From assembly GCA_015680685.1 (NCBI GenBank), contig MNCI01002795.1, positions 63,613 to 127,612 of the forward strand: a stretch of DNA of 64,000 bases, read 5' to 3'. The number at the start of each line of letters is the position of its first letter. Position 1 is the stretch's first letter. The DNA is from Gnetum montanum (lineage: Eukaryota > Plantae > Gnetophyta). Shown here in pieces: positions 38,800 through 52,395 of the stretch. The notes beneath the pieces were generated by a model. The model made no database searches, had not been told where the DNA came from, and saw nothing but the letters and a program-made list of their open reading frames with translations. Both the position numbers and the translations under genes were made by a program.

Positions 38800-40689
38800 G
38801 CCAATTTGTAGAACCATTTTTTGATTCTACTTAACTTATCTAGAGGAACTCTACTAGCTCAGCATCACATGCACTCACATAGTTTATTTTAATCCAACTC
38901 CACATGAGCATGTAGAACTTGTTTGTAGAACCATTTTTTTGGTTTTACTTAAGTTGTCTAGAATGGCTCTACCAGCTCAGTATCACATGTGCTTGAACAA
39001 TTTTTTTAAAAAATTCTACTTAGGTCTTCTTTTTAGCTCTACAGAGATAGCTCAAAGTAGTTGTACCATGTCAACTTTATTTTATTTTTTTATTAATGGG
39101 ACTAAGTGGACCCAAACTTAAATAGTTTTTAGCATATGTGTGCAAAAGAATTTTAATCTACTTTAGCTTGTAGAACTAACTTGTGGAAGCATATTTTATT
39201 TTTACAAAGGAATAAGAAATAGCTCTTCCATGTTAGCCTAAAAAGAAAGCGCTAAACAAAACTAACCAACAAAACCATTTTTGGTTCTACCAAGGGCTTT
39301 TTCAAATATCTTTACTATGTTAGTATTTTCTTCTTCTTCCATACACATAAGCTTGGATGAAAAGATTGTCTATTCTTGGAAAAGCTTTAGAATCAGTTTT
39401 TGATTCTATTGGGCACCCTACCACATCAACTTGTAGAACCAATCTTTAGAACTAGTTTTTGGTTTTAGAAATCTCTTCCAAATAGTTCTACCCGTCACCT
39501 CCTTTTACATGCACAAAAAAGCTTTTCTTAAAAGAAATAGAAAATCCATGAGAATCGAAAAGCTTTAGAGTTTCTCTAAGGAGCTCACTACCATGTCAGC
39601 CTAAGCATAAGGACATCTCATAGCAAAGAATATAAGTTGGCTTTAATAGCTTCCTTAAAGATAGAACCAATTTAGAACCATATTTTAATTTTATATGAGC
39701 TACACCAAAAAAATGATGCCACATCAATACAAATAAAAGAGGTGTTATAAGCTTATATTGAAAAGAACTATTATACGTAAAAGCTAGAGTCTATACTACT
39801 ATGGTAGGAAGCTAAACTTCATTAATGGAAAAGACAAGAGTTGTTACTTGAAGATTAAAGAGTTGTTATGTCCAATATAAGCAAAGCTTATTATTTTTGT
39901 GAGAAGTGAAGGAACAGTTAGTGCCAAAAATGAAATGACATATTTCTTCATCTTTTGCTAAGCTTCTAATGCTCGCCTCAAGCTCATACCAAATGTAGTA
40001 ATGGGAGCTAAGATGTAATGGATACAACTTTTTCTTCTTCAGCTACTCTTCCCAATAGATTGGTAATGGTTACATTTTACTTCTTCTCACACTTCTCCAA
40101 CATATTAGTAATGGGTTGAATAAAGACTCTAAAATGGCTAAAAGAAATATTGGCTATAAATTAAAGCTCTCTAGCTTAGCTTGATAATTCTAATTTTGAC
40201 CTTGTTCTTAAACGAGAATTTCTTCTGTGTTTATCCTCTTCTTCCCAATCTCTCTTATTGTTCTCTTTTTTATAAAAGCTCTATTTTCTTTGTCTTAGGA
40301 AGCTTGGTAATTCTTAAGTCTCTATGTTGAGATAATGCAAAGGATTTACCTCTTCCTCTGTGCTATGAAAGTGAAATTTTAGGACTTTAAGCTTGGTGGT
40401 TGTGATTAGTCTAGGATTGTAAAAGAAGCCCTATAAATTTATTTTGATTACTATGCCTTCTAGGATTTAGGGAGAGTTTAATGATGGAGCTAGACCGACC
40501 AATCTAACCGCTAAACCACCTTAAAATCTCAATGTTTGTTTACTCTTTTCTCCATCGGTGTTCTATTTTTAGCACTAAGTTTATTTGCAGCTTTCTACTG
40601 GTATTTCTATTAATCTACATTTAATTCAAACTTTTGTTATAAGGCCCTAATTCATTCCCCCTTTTAGTACCTTTAGATAAATTAGGTAC
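38800..40689 (+). repeat. Sirevirus-like LTR remnant with palindromic repeated motifs (left edge uncertain)
   Basis: 3' end CCTAATTCATTCCCCCTTTTAG...GTACA at 40645-40689. TATA GCTATAAAT at ~40153. GTAGAACCA-Nx-TGGTTCTAC-like motifs upstream. Confidence 0.4.
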
Positions 40690-42273
40690 AAGAAATGAAA
40701 TATGATCCAACATATATAGAGATGGTAAGGAATGCTAGAAGCTACTTGACATAAAATAACATTTGCAAGCTATCAATTGTAGGCATTTCTAATGACCTAA
40801 AGCTAATTTAAGATAGCCTCAAATTTATATTTATGTAAGTTAATTAACTTGTTTCATTTTTTTGGTGTGTTTGATATTATAAATTATATAATTCCATATT
40901 AATATTTTAATATCTTGTACTGTACCAACATTCAAGGCTTTATAGGAAAGAAAAGTATTTCTTCATGTAGATGATGCACTATTCAAGTAGAATGAAATAT
41001 TCATGATGTATTAGAATCATACATTGCAGTGTTGTCCTATGATTTAGTTAAATAAAAACTTTAAGGAAAGCAACCTGAAGAATTTGAGTGTACATCTTTT
41101 CCATGCACTCTAAGGCCTTTGTTTACATGATGTTGAAAAATGTGCTAACATGACACTCTTTGGAGAGATGTGTTTTAAACATCTTCAATTAAAGAATGAG
41201 CCTTGTAGACCAATAATTAATAGAATGATCACTGTAGAGTATAAATGCAATTAGATGAAGTTCTTTCATTCATTGAAATTAGCTTTTGTCCAATTTTTTA
41301 TTAGTAGAGATTCATCTATAGTACAATGAATAAACCTTACTATTGATAATGTTTGCAAGAGGTGTTTAATTTCTTACATCCTAATATTTTATCTTATTGA
41401 GATTGAAATAGAAATTTTTTTGATTTACTAATGTTACCATTTTGATAGGTATTCAACTCACAAATACATGTTCATTAGTCTTCTTGGTAATGTGGAGTTT
41501 ACTAAGGGAGAGCTAAGGCTTAAGCATTATGTTCAATCAATGCTACATTAGCATATGAAATCTCTATCATTAGAGAAGGTGATGTTCACAATCATTAAGA
41601 AGGATGATGGTTTTTTTTTTTTTTTTTACTACTGGAAAAATCCTAAGTTCGTTGATTAGAAACTACAAAAATATGAAATAGAACTTTTGTTAATGAAGAA
41701 ACTTATCATCTACTATTTTATTTATTTTGAGAACATAACTCTTAAGGACTCTTTTAGTTTTTTTTTTTAAATTATTTGAATTTATACAAATGAAAATTGC
41801 AATGTTTTCTAGGATAGTTATTAATATTGACATGGAGAATTATTACTTATTTAAATTTTTTGTAAATGGCTATAAGGACTATATATTTAGTAATATCTCA
41901 TTTCGATGTACTTTAAGTTACCACTATAAAAGCAAACCAATGCATGTTTTGATTTACTACTTCTTCACAATGGTAGAAGCAGTTAACCTGCTAGATGCAT
42001 TTTAGGAAGGTGATTGTCATATCATGGAGAAAAACATAGCACATGTGGAATTCATTAAAGATATTCTTTCAGATGTAGCTATCCTAGAAGATGTTGATTA
42101 CAAGTCTTGTAAATCAATTGAATTTTTAGAAAACTTATTAATTCTATTTTGATGAGAAATGAAGCAATTACAAAGAGTATCTCTTGTATTATATCATTAT
42201 TCTATTGCAATAGCCTCCTAAAACCATTAAGGGAATACAAAGACATTGGTATCATATCATTACACAATGATGA
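40690..42273 (+). pseudogene. Intron-containing transposon cargo gene remnant, possibly RPA-like OB fold
   Basis: GT-AG-like intron structure. Translation SSCR*CTIQVE and LCLHDVEKCANMTLFGEMCFKHL resembles RPA70 DBD-C motifs by eye only. Confidence 0.25.
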
Positions 42274-42602
42274 TGTAACGCCCTGTCCCTTATTAAGGGT
42301 GGAAACAATTGTAAACAATGTAATTAACCTTCTAATGAAGGGTACCTCGTTATGAGGAGTTATGATTATTCATGTATCCTTTGGGAAAGGGTTTGACCTA
42401 TGCTATTTAAGGTCAAGGTTAGAGGTCATGCTAGCATGGAGTTGTGGAGCTTAGAGAGGCGAGTAACGGGAGCCAGATGAAGTGGGATAGGAAGGGGATT
42501 GGCCCATCCTTCTAGCCAGGTTATAGGCCTAATCGTGGTGGTAGTGCCAAATTGTCACTAAGGCTTAAGTGGCATAGGAAGATAACCCAAAAGGGCGTTA
42601 CA
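42274..42602 (+). repeat. 329 bp short LTR with perfect 11 bp terminal inverted repeat
   Basis: TGTAACGCCCT...AGGGCGTTACA, with an internal TATA-like CTATTTAAG. No matching 5 bp TSD. Confidence 0.7.
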
Positions 42603-42768
42603 GTACTCTCTTCCATTAATACAAATTTTTCATTTTTCTTTCCTTGCTTAATTCTTTAGTATCAATTATTTATTTGCTAATTAATTCAATATTTAAGTGT
42701 TGATAATCTTTTCGATATGTTATCCATGATGAATATAATAAATTAGGCATTCGACAGGATGTCACATT

Positions 42769-42780
42769 TGGTATCGAAGC
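42769..42780 (+). promoter_or_regulatory. Primer binding site (initiator Met tRNA) after the LTR end GGATGTCACA (42766)
   Basis: TGGTATCGAAGC versus canonical TGGTATCAGAGC, 2 nt after a ...CA terminus. Confidence 0.7.
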
Positions 42781-42968
42781 AAACCACGACTTAGGAATCA
42801 AAATAAAAAAAACCTTATTTTATTATTATCATAGAACACAAGTACATTTAAGAAAAATAACAACATGTAGGAAAATATTATTTTATTTTATTATCAAAAG
42901 GAATGAAGAGGAAGTACATCATTAAAGAAAAAAGGGGGTAGAATGGTAAAATAAAGAAAAGGAGCAAC

Positions 42969-45231
42969 TTATTTGTTACAACCAAATGGTTCAAGAAGAT
43001 CTATAACTATCTTTAGTTGGAATTCTCTCTCTTCAGTAGTAGCATCTACTTTGCTAAGCACTACTTTACATCCAACCAATCCATCACACAAATATTCGGT
43101 CGCATGTCTTGTTGTAGTTGTTGATTCCTCTTTTCTTTGAAGTTGAGTCTTTAACATTTTCACTTATACTGATCGATCATCCATGTCTCTTTGTCATTCC
43201 TTTTTCTTTCTCTATAGAAACAGAATTTAAATTATGAGTTATAAAAAAATCAATAAACCAACATAAGAAAAGAGAAAAAAATATATATATAACCTAAAAT
43301 TGATCATTATCCATTTGAAGGAAATGTGCACGAGTATCCACATGGCAAGCATAACATGTTGCACTTTCCAACTCTCCTAAGAGTTGCTCCAAATTTTCTA
43401 CAGCATCTAAAGCCTCCTCAAGAATTGGATGCCAAGATTATAGAANCAGCATCTAAAGCCTCCTCAAGAATTGGATGCCAAGATTATAGAAGTCCAACCT
43501 ATACTAAATCATAATCTGCCTTGAAATAGCATGATTTTGACTCCTTTAAGTGATAAACATCCTCACGAATAGAATAGGTTTTATTATCTGAAATTTTTTT
43601 GATTAATACACCAAAAAAGCACAAGTTCTTCCTTAGCAGCCGCCACTATCTTTCCCATAGAATAAGAAAAACCAGAGATAGAGAAAAAAGAAACCATTGG
43701 AATAAATTTAGAAATTGTTGTTGGTGTTTCCTATGGAAGGGAATGTCTTCTAGGTGTCAAAGAAAAAGAAGGCATGAGTGGTGATCTAGGTGGTGGTAGA
43801 ATAGGAGTCTATGCAGAAGTAGCACCTACATTACTTCTATCCATCTCTCGGATAAAATACTATCGCTCTATAGACCTATGCAACATAAAAAGCTTATTAA
43901 AAAATTGAATTATTATTAACATTATACAAGGAAAAGAAGAAAGTATTCAAATAATTAAAACCTACCTCTGGTTGCTTTCCCTTATCATGTCTTGAAGCTT
44001 GTTGAGAAGTTGGTTGGGATTATTATTGAGCCTGTTGTTGGGTTGATTGTCTTATAACTTTTGGACTACTAGAACCTTGCCCAGTATGTTATCTCTACAA
44101 AAGAAATTTATTAGAAAAAATAATAATAATAAATATATAAATATATAGATAAGGTATTTAATTTAGTAAATTATATTTAAATATATACCTTGGAAGCATG
44201 AACTGTGACTTATTCTTACGATTGAACTATACCAAAGGTTGAAATACCTTGAATTTCTTCAACTTGTGCAGATTTAGCACTTTGCATTGGTTCATTCTAT
44301 AGTCTAGATTGCACTATCAAATACATAAAATAAAAACATAATTAAGAAACAACAAAATAATAAAAAAAAACATGAAAGTACCTCACTGAATTCTTCTTGA
44401 CTTCGAGCTTGCTATAAAGCCAGTTGACCTTTTTGGACACCCATAATCTTGCTCCTTATAGCCCTGTCATCTTTAAGAAATTCAAGGCACAATCAAGGAT
44501 TGTAACAAGTAAAAAAAAATTTGGAAAGATCATAACTTAAAATCATACACATGATCAAAGGTATACAACATAGAGTATAGGATTTTAAAGGATGTTGGTG
44601 GGCAACAAAAATTTTGGTCATAGTAATATAACAAGTAGAGAAACATCACATCGACTAATCATAAACCCTACCAGTTATGACACTATGAAGTATGAAAATA
44701 GAATAAGAACTACATTGGATTGTTTTCTATACCATAGAACCTTGCTACTGATGAATAAACATAAGTCAAAATAAGCATCATTAATGAAATCTTTACAAAT
44801 GAATTGATTTTTGTGAATGACTGAATCAAAAACATAATTGGATAACTCCATCTTATAGAAAGATTTAAATTGTGGAGAATGAGTTGTAGGAATCAACAGA
44901 TCCTCTCCTAGTTGAAAACCTAAGACTACTTTAATATCAAGAAGAAGGATCGTTACTTCTCCAAAAACTAATTGAAAAATGTGTTTTTCTTATTATCATA
45001 TTGCTCAAATCACTCTTCAAAAACACCTTTGCAAAAAAAAAGTTTAAAAATTGGGAAAATCAGTAAAACAACCAATCTAGTAGTGAGAAACTAAAAACCA
45101 TCATTTCCAAGCAAGCTATGAACTCGATCAGAAGTAGTAAGAACATTATTTTGGTGTAGAAAAATATTACTATGAAATAAAGAGCAGTTACCTAAAGGAG
45201 CCTGAGGTGAAGTTTGACATTTTGAAGCCAT
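42969..45231 (-). pseudogene. Multi-exon plant mobile domain (PMD, aminotransferase-like, MAIN/MAIL-related) gene remnant
   Basis: ATG at 45231. HIFQLVFGEVTILLLDIKVVLGFQLGEDL (~44895-44985) matches the PMD motif HTFHLPxGEMTITLEDVxxLLGLP, and is followed by AYFDLCLFISSKVLW. Minus-strand introns with GT donors at ~44382, ~44188, ~43965 and ~43273. The terminal exon ends at the stop at 42969. Confidence 0.7.
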
Positions 45232-45719
45232 GAATTCTTTATAGTAGTAAATTTTCAACCTTCTTCGTAGACAATCTTTTGCTGGTTGTGACGAGTAAAT
45301 CAACCTACTTCTTATATTTATAATGTAATCATAGAAATATTAGTAAAAGAAAAGAGAAAGTATAACTTAAGATAACAAAGGATTTAATAAAAGTTAAAAT
45401 ATACTTTTCTTTTACAATAAAAAGCTAACGTTCACCTATTTTTTATTTTATGATTTTTAGATTTATTAAAGTGAAGTTATCTATAGTTTAACATGAAGTA
45501 CTCTCCAAGACAATTCCAATGGCACCAATTTAATCAAAATCCAACTTACGGTTTGGAAGATATGACCATTCTCAATTTACATGCAATTAAAAAAATAATA
45601 TATATATATATATAATAAAACATCAACTTGGAAGCCTCGGGTTCAAACCTGAGCCCCAATATTAAGTTTTTATATATATATTAATAAAAGTTTATAATAA
45701 TTTGAAAAAAAATTGAAAA

Positions 45720-46145
45720 AAAAATCTTGGCCCATGGCCAAGCTGCAACCAGGCCTATGGCCAGGTGTAGTAGGCTATGGCCAAGCTATGAGTAGCTGCA
45801 GTAAGCCATGGTCAGCTATGGCAAGGTCATGGCTAGCGACAACCAGCCATGACCAACCACAGCCAGCTACAGCAAGGCATGGAAGAGGGAGGGTCGTGGT
45901 CTTAGAAATCTGGCACTAATGGCCAAAGTAAAAAAAATTTGCATTTTTTCTATTTTTTATTTTTTGCCATTATTTTTTTGTTACCGTCATCACCACCTAC
46001 CTACACCACCCATCATCGCCTTCGACACCGCCCATCACTGCCTTTTGCACCACCTATCACCGCCTTCCTTGTTGTCCATCCTCACCTCTCGCATCGCCTA
46101 TCACTACCTCTTTCGTGTCGCCCATCACTACCTTTTGGCCACCAC
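45720..46145. repeat. Degenerate GC-richer short repeats (GGCCA/CCATGG and CACCACC/CCATCAC types)
   Basis: Low-complexity repeated motifs between the PMD gene and gag. Confidence 0.55.
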
Positions 46146-46723
46146 ATGGAGCCTAAATTGGTTATCTATCAATTGATAGAAAAATTAAATTTTTTTAATT
46201 AACAAAACTTTTCCAAAAAAAAAAATTTAAGCTGTTAGTATTAGTTTAAGAATAAATATGTGCTGAATTATTTACAAAAATACAAATTTATGTTATGATA
46301 GTAACTTAAATAAAAAAAATTTCATTAAGTGTGCACGTCATGGAGTAGAACTGGGGTCAGTGACCTCTCGAGAAGTCTCAAAAAACGTAAAAATTAAAAA
46401 AAAACTTAAAACGACTATAACTTTTGAATCTGGAGTCCATTTTCAACTAAACAAAAACTAATTCCAACAAATTTGAACCTTTCAAACTCAACAGAATGGT
46501 TAAATTTAGCTTTTAGATTATAGAAAATTAACTTTTAATTCCTTAATTTAGGTCCCAAAATAATTAGGATTCATTAAGAAATCCATAATAGTTTCAACTT
46601 CTTCTACAACTAACTAAACAATTTCGAATTCCATAAAAGGGCCATAGAGGTTAAGGATTCTCAAACATACTTGATTTCTTCAACTTACTGATGTCCAAAA
46701 CTCAAAGAATAAATTGGAGAAAA

Positions 46724-49700
46724 ATGGAAGCCTGAGTCAATGACCGAGTGAATGCCCTTGAAGAACAAATTAATGACATTAGGGATGTTCAAGAAGAACT
46801 TCGAAACTCAAACCAAGGGTTCAGGACAGAGATGCAAAATATGTCTAAAGAAATTAAGAAATTGTCCCAAAATTCATAGGATAAATGGTTCAAAGTACAA
46901 GGAAAGATGGATTCCTTTGCCGACTCCATCAAGCAATTAACCAACCATCTTATTCAACCTTCCAATCCTATCCACAATCTACCTAGATCACAACATCAAG
47001 ATCAACCTTCCATTAGAAATCAACAACAAACACAAACTCCACCTAATGGACAAGATACTAAAATCCACCTTGTAGACCATAGAACTCAAATCGAGAGTGA
47101 AGGATATGGAAACTGGCTTAATCCATCTAGAGAATCATTAACACAAGTGCATGCTAATAAAGTAAAATTAGATCATTATAATGGAGCCCCTGGATCTAGT
47201 GCTAAGGCAAAGAATTAGCTTGATACAATGAAAATTTATTTTGATATGTTGAATCTATCAAGCCATGAACATCTAGAAGTTATCTCCTTATATTTAAGAG
47301 AACTTGTAACAACATGGTGGAATGGGTTGAGATCTCAAGATTAAAAATTGGCTTAATTTTTGTTGAGATTTTGAACAAAAATTTGTTCCTAATTCTTTTC
47401 TCAAAGAGTGTAGAATGAGATTTGATTCCTTAAGATTGGGAAAATAATCTGTAGATGATTACTACAAAGAATTTTGTGATCTTTCTTGATATGTAAGTCA
47501 TCGAGATGAGGGAGAATTAGCTTTAAAATTCATTGGAAAATTACATGCTCAATTACATCCACAAACATGAGCCCATAATCCCCAAACTATTGATGAAGCA
47601 TATAGAATTTCTAAAGATTATGAGGAATCGAATCAGATAAAAGTGACACTTCGATCAGCAACTTTTCGACCAAGCCCTTTTCCACAAGCAATGGTAGAAG
47701 AGACACCAAGAAAAAAAACTCAATCAGGATTTGGATGTTTCTTTTGTGGTGAGGACTATCTTAAACAAGATTGCCCAAAATTTCAAGCAAAAATACAAAG
47801 GACCAATCAAATCAGAAATCAAAAACCAAACCTAAAGATGAACAAAGGAAAAATTCTAGCTGCTACAACAGCCATCAAGAAGATATCTACATCAACTAAA
47901 TCAGGTTTGTGAAAATTTTAATTTTCTTTCTTGATTTTTGAAGGTTTAATTAAAGGTAAACAAATTAAATTTTTGATTGATACTGGTGCAAGTGACAACT
48001 TTATTTTTTCAAAGTTAATTAATTTATTGAAATTAACACTCCCTTCCAAGAAAATTATTAAGATAGAACAGGTAGATGAAACAACTATGAGCAAACATTC
48101 CAGGTATGGAAAAATAAACTTTACTTTGCAAAATATGCCCTTCATTGATAAATTTTTTGAATTTGAACTAGGTGATGTTGATGTCATTTTAGGAATGTAT
48201 TTCCTACAAAAATTTGATGTTACTGCCCACTTTGGAACTCATATTTTAAAAGCCCCAACCATTGATAGAGTCAGGGTTTTAAGGGGGGTAGGAACAGCAA
48301 ATAAAATTCATACAATAACTATTAAGAAAGCTAAAAGATTAGTCAGAAAAGATGCTACAATGTTGGTGGTTAAAGTTATCCAACCTTAGAAGCTTTTGAG
48401 TGTTAAGATCCCAAATGAACTTAAAGAATATAAAGATTCAGTATTTGGTGAAACTAGAGAATTACCTCCAAAAAGAACTGCTGAACATGCCATTGATATT
48501 TTTCCTGGTACACAACCTATTTCAAAAGCTCATTATAGATTTTCTACTTTAGAATTAAGGGAATTAAAAGTACAATTAGACTAATTATTGGAAAAGGAAA
48601 TATTAGAACCAACGTATCACCTTGGGCTGCACTAGTTCTATTCATCAAAAAGAAAGATGGTACTCTAAGATTATGCATTGATTATAGAGCATTGAACAAA
48701 GTGATGATTAAAAATACTTATCCTTTACCTAGAATTGATGATTTATTTGATCAACATACAGGTGCATGTTATTTCTAAAACATTGATTTAAAATCAAGAT
48801 ATCACCAAATAAGGATTAAGGAAAAAGATATTGAGAAAACTGCATTTAGAACTAGATATGGATTATACAAATTTGTTGTGATGCCATTTGGATTAACTAA
48901 TGCACCTACAACATTTATGGAAATAATGAATAATACATTTAGTGAATACCTTGATCAATTTGTCATAGTATTTATGGATGATATACTTGTTTATTCTAAA
49001 TCAAGAGAAGCACATATTGACTATTTGAAAACTATAATGGAAATTCTTAAAGAACATCAATTAAAAGTAAAATTGAGTAAATGTGAGCTCTTTAAGGAAG
49101 AAGTCTCATACTTAGGACATATAGTTTCCAAGAAAGGATTGTAAGTGGATCTAGCAAAAATTAATGTGATCCAAGATTGGCCTGAATTAAAAGATGTTAC
49201 AGTAGTTCAAAGCTTCTTAGGGTTAGCCGATTTTTATTGACATTTCATTAAAGATTATTCTACCTTGGTAGCCCCATTAACTAACATTTTGCAAGAGGAA
49301 TGTGAGTTCAAATTTCATGAAAAATGCAGGGAATCGTTTCTTATATTAAATATTCTACTTACAACAACACATATTTTTAGAATGCTGAATAAAGATCTAC
49401 CATTTGAAGTATCCACAGATGCCTATGGAATAGGAATTGGTGCAGTTATTTTATAGGAAGATAAAGTGGTATGTTATGAATCTCATAAATTATGCGCTAA
49501 GGTAAATTGCTCAACTCATGATTTAGAATTACTAGCAATTGTTCATGCTCTAAAAGTTTCGAGACATTATCTTTGCAGAAAGAAGTTTGTACTAAAAACG
49601 GATCATAAAAGTTTAGAATATTTGCAAATAAAACCTATTTTGAATACTTGTCAAAGGTGATGGATAGAATTATTAGCATAATATGATTTTAAAATCAAAT

Positions 49701-51180
49701 ATGTTCCTGGAAAAAAATGTGGTAGCTGATGCCCTTAGTCAAATGTGGAATTTAATGATAGGTGTAGTAACGACCCCTATGGAAGAAGAAATTAAGAAAA
49801 AAATAAAAGAAGACCCTTACATTAAAAAGATTTTAACCAACATTTCTGATGAGCCTCAATACCAACTTACTTCTAATGGTTTATTGATGAAATGACAAAG
49901 AGAATGCATACCAAAAGAAATTGGAGACTAAAATTATTGTGTAAAGCATATGAAGTACCATATGTAGGACACCTAGGTTATATTAAGACCTATATGATAA
50001 TTCGAAAATCTTATTTTTGGCCTGGAAAGAAGAATGATGTGTCTACATACATTAAAAATTACCCAACATGTCAAAGAATAAAAGCTGAACAAAGGAAACC
50101 TAGTGGATTATTACAACCCTTGGAAGTTCCAACCTGGAAATAGAAAGATATCACTATGGATTTCATTGTGGGATTGCAAGTAACCAAAAAAGAGAATGAA
50201 TCAATTTTCATAGTAGTTTATTGTCTATCAAAGATGATACATTTTATAGCTTTGAAATCTACAAACATAGTGGAAGAAATAGCCCAAAAATTCATACGAA
50301 AAGTATTTAGATTACATGGTTGTCCAAAATATATCACTTCGAATAGAGATCCTAAATTCCTATATCTAAATTCTGGAAAGATTTCTTCAGAGAGCTTCAT
50401 ACTCAATTGAAATTTAGCATAGCTTATCATCCTGAAATTGATGGACAAACTAAATGAGTGAATAGAATATTAGAAGATATCCTACGAAGTTATGTTAGGA
50501 TTAGACCAAAAACATGGGATAATTATTTGCATTTGGTAGAATTTTCCTACAATAACAATTATCAAGGTTCTATACATCGAATACCATTTGAAGTAGTATA
50601 TGGATGTAAATATCGTACACCATTAACCTGGGCAGATCCAACCTTAAGAGCGAAATGGAAGGAAGAAGAAATGAAAATAATGGAAAACATTGTCACAAGG
50701 GTTAAACAAAATTTTCAAGCTACCCAAGATTAATATAAAGGATATGCAAATCAACATCAACTTAAAAAAGAATTCCAACTAGGGGATCAAGTATTGTTAA
50801 GAGTAAAACCTACCAAAAGCTCTCTTAAATTGGGAAAATATACTAAATTAGCACCTAGATTTTATGGACCTTTTGAAATATCTGAAAGAATTGGCAAAGT
50901 AGCATATCAACTAAATCTTCTTGAAACCTTAAAAATTCATCAAATTTTTCATGTGAGCTTGTTAAAGAAATTTTATAAAAATGATGTACCATATGTATTG
51001 GATTGGAATACTTTGTCATTACGATCCAACACCAGCTTTGAAGTGAACCCCATTACTAATAAAGACCAACAAACCAAGAAATTACAAAATAAAAGTATTA
51101 GTGAAGTACTTGTTTAATGGTCAAATTGTGATCAACAGACATGGGAAAATAGAGAGTTTATTTTAAATACACGCAATCAT
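46724..51180 (+). mobile_element. Chromovirus-type Ty3/Gypsy gag-pol, degenerate (gag-PR-RT-RH-INT-chromodomain)
   Basis: Zinc knuckle CFFCGEDYLKQDC. Protease FLIDTGASDNFI...[44 protein letters not shown]. RNase H TDAYGIGIGAV, HDLELLAIVHALK, TDHKSL. Integrase GHLG, SGLLQPL, MDFIVGL, KLAPRFYGPF. Chromodomain EVLV*W...TWE. No 3' LTR seen. Confidence 0.95.
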
Positions 51181-51405
51181 AAAGTTAGTATAATGAAGTA
51201 TGTTGAATTAACTCATTCTAACATTATTAAATTATTTTTATAATGGTTTTTATTCTTTATGTTTCAAGGAAAAAAAATCCATGATCTTCAAGGCACAGAA
51301 AAAAGGTTAGTGCAATGAAATCAAAGAAACCAAAGACAAATGCTTGACATAACATTATGTAATGAATTTAACATCGTGTAATTTTATATTGAAAAATATA
51401 CTCAA

Positions 51406-51432
51406 TTATATATATATATATATATATATATA
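51406..51432. repeat. (TA)n microsatellite
   Basis: Pure TA run. Confidence 0.9.
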
Positions 51433-51625
51433 TGATTTTGTGTAGGTTCATAGTGATGAAAGTCAAAGTTTTGTCAAATGTCCTAACAAACAAATTATGA
51501 TTCTGTATTTTATTGCATCATATCATTTCAAATTTAAAAATTATTATAATTGTCATGTTTTATTATACATTGCTAATAGAAAATAATATTATGTTATTGT
51601 ATTTATTAATATATGTCATCCTAGG

Positions 51626-52395
51626 AGATGATGAATAACTTTAACATGTGTGCTTTAATTGTTATTAATTAGATAAATTAAAAGAAATAGTTAAAAGAAG
51701 AAATGATATAGAAATTTATAATGCAGCATACTTGCCTAAATACTATGATGAGGTGTTTGATTATAGTGCATGATAATGCAATCATAGGAAATGATTTAAG
51801 AAGTTTGAAACAAAAACAAGAGATAGAGGACATAATATTTAGATACTATTTTATAAAGATGCAATCAATCTTGGAATTTCATTACACATATTATTTTTTT
51901 AATTCATCAATATTATTGGAATTAAGTAGAACATATAAGTCAAAATATGGGAAGATGAAATTCAGACAATGTATTTTAATGTTAATACAACAAGAAGGCA
52001 TTACATTTAATAGCTTCCAAAAAATATTTTTTCCAATGAACATCAGGATTGCAAAGAATATGTTTTCTTAGGTACTTATTATTGTTGATATAATTGCAAA
52101 TGCAATATTAATCATGGATTCTCTCAATGGTGATAGTGAATGTAAACTAATATTATTTACAAGTACCTTGATGTGGAGCACAATATTCAAAATACATAGG
52201 ATCAATTTCATCAAGAATTATGGAGATGGTTATTTCAAAGAAATATATCATGTCAAAGAAATGGATATGATTATGGTGTTTATGTCTTACTTCATGTAAT
52301 ATACATTCTATGTTTTAGAAAGATATCATTTAAGGAATCAGATGTACCACTATATAGAAGAAGAATGCTATGCAATATATTAAATGTTTTAGACT
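51626..52395 (+). pseudogene. Ulp1-like SUMO protease (peptidase C48) remnant, probable transposon cargo
   Basis: DLRSLK...IEDIIFRYY...YFFNS...KIFFPMNI...S*VLIIVD...ILIMDSL...QRNGYDYGVYVL follows the C48 motif order. The catalytic HW and DCG are decayed (TGG to TAG, TGT to TAT). Short GT-AG exons lie upstream from ~51270. Confidence 0.75.

Noticed and set aside
43401-43491. Exact ~45 bp tandem duplication
   Set aside because: Flanks a single N, so probably an assembly artefact.
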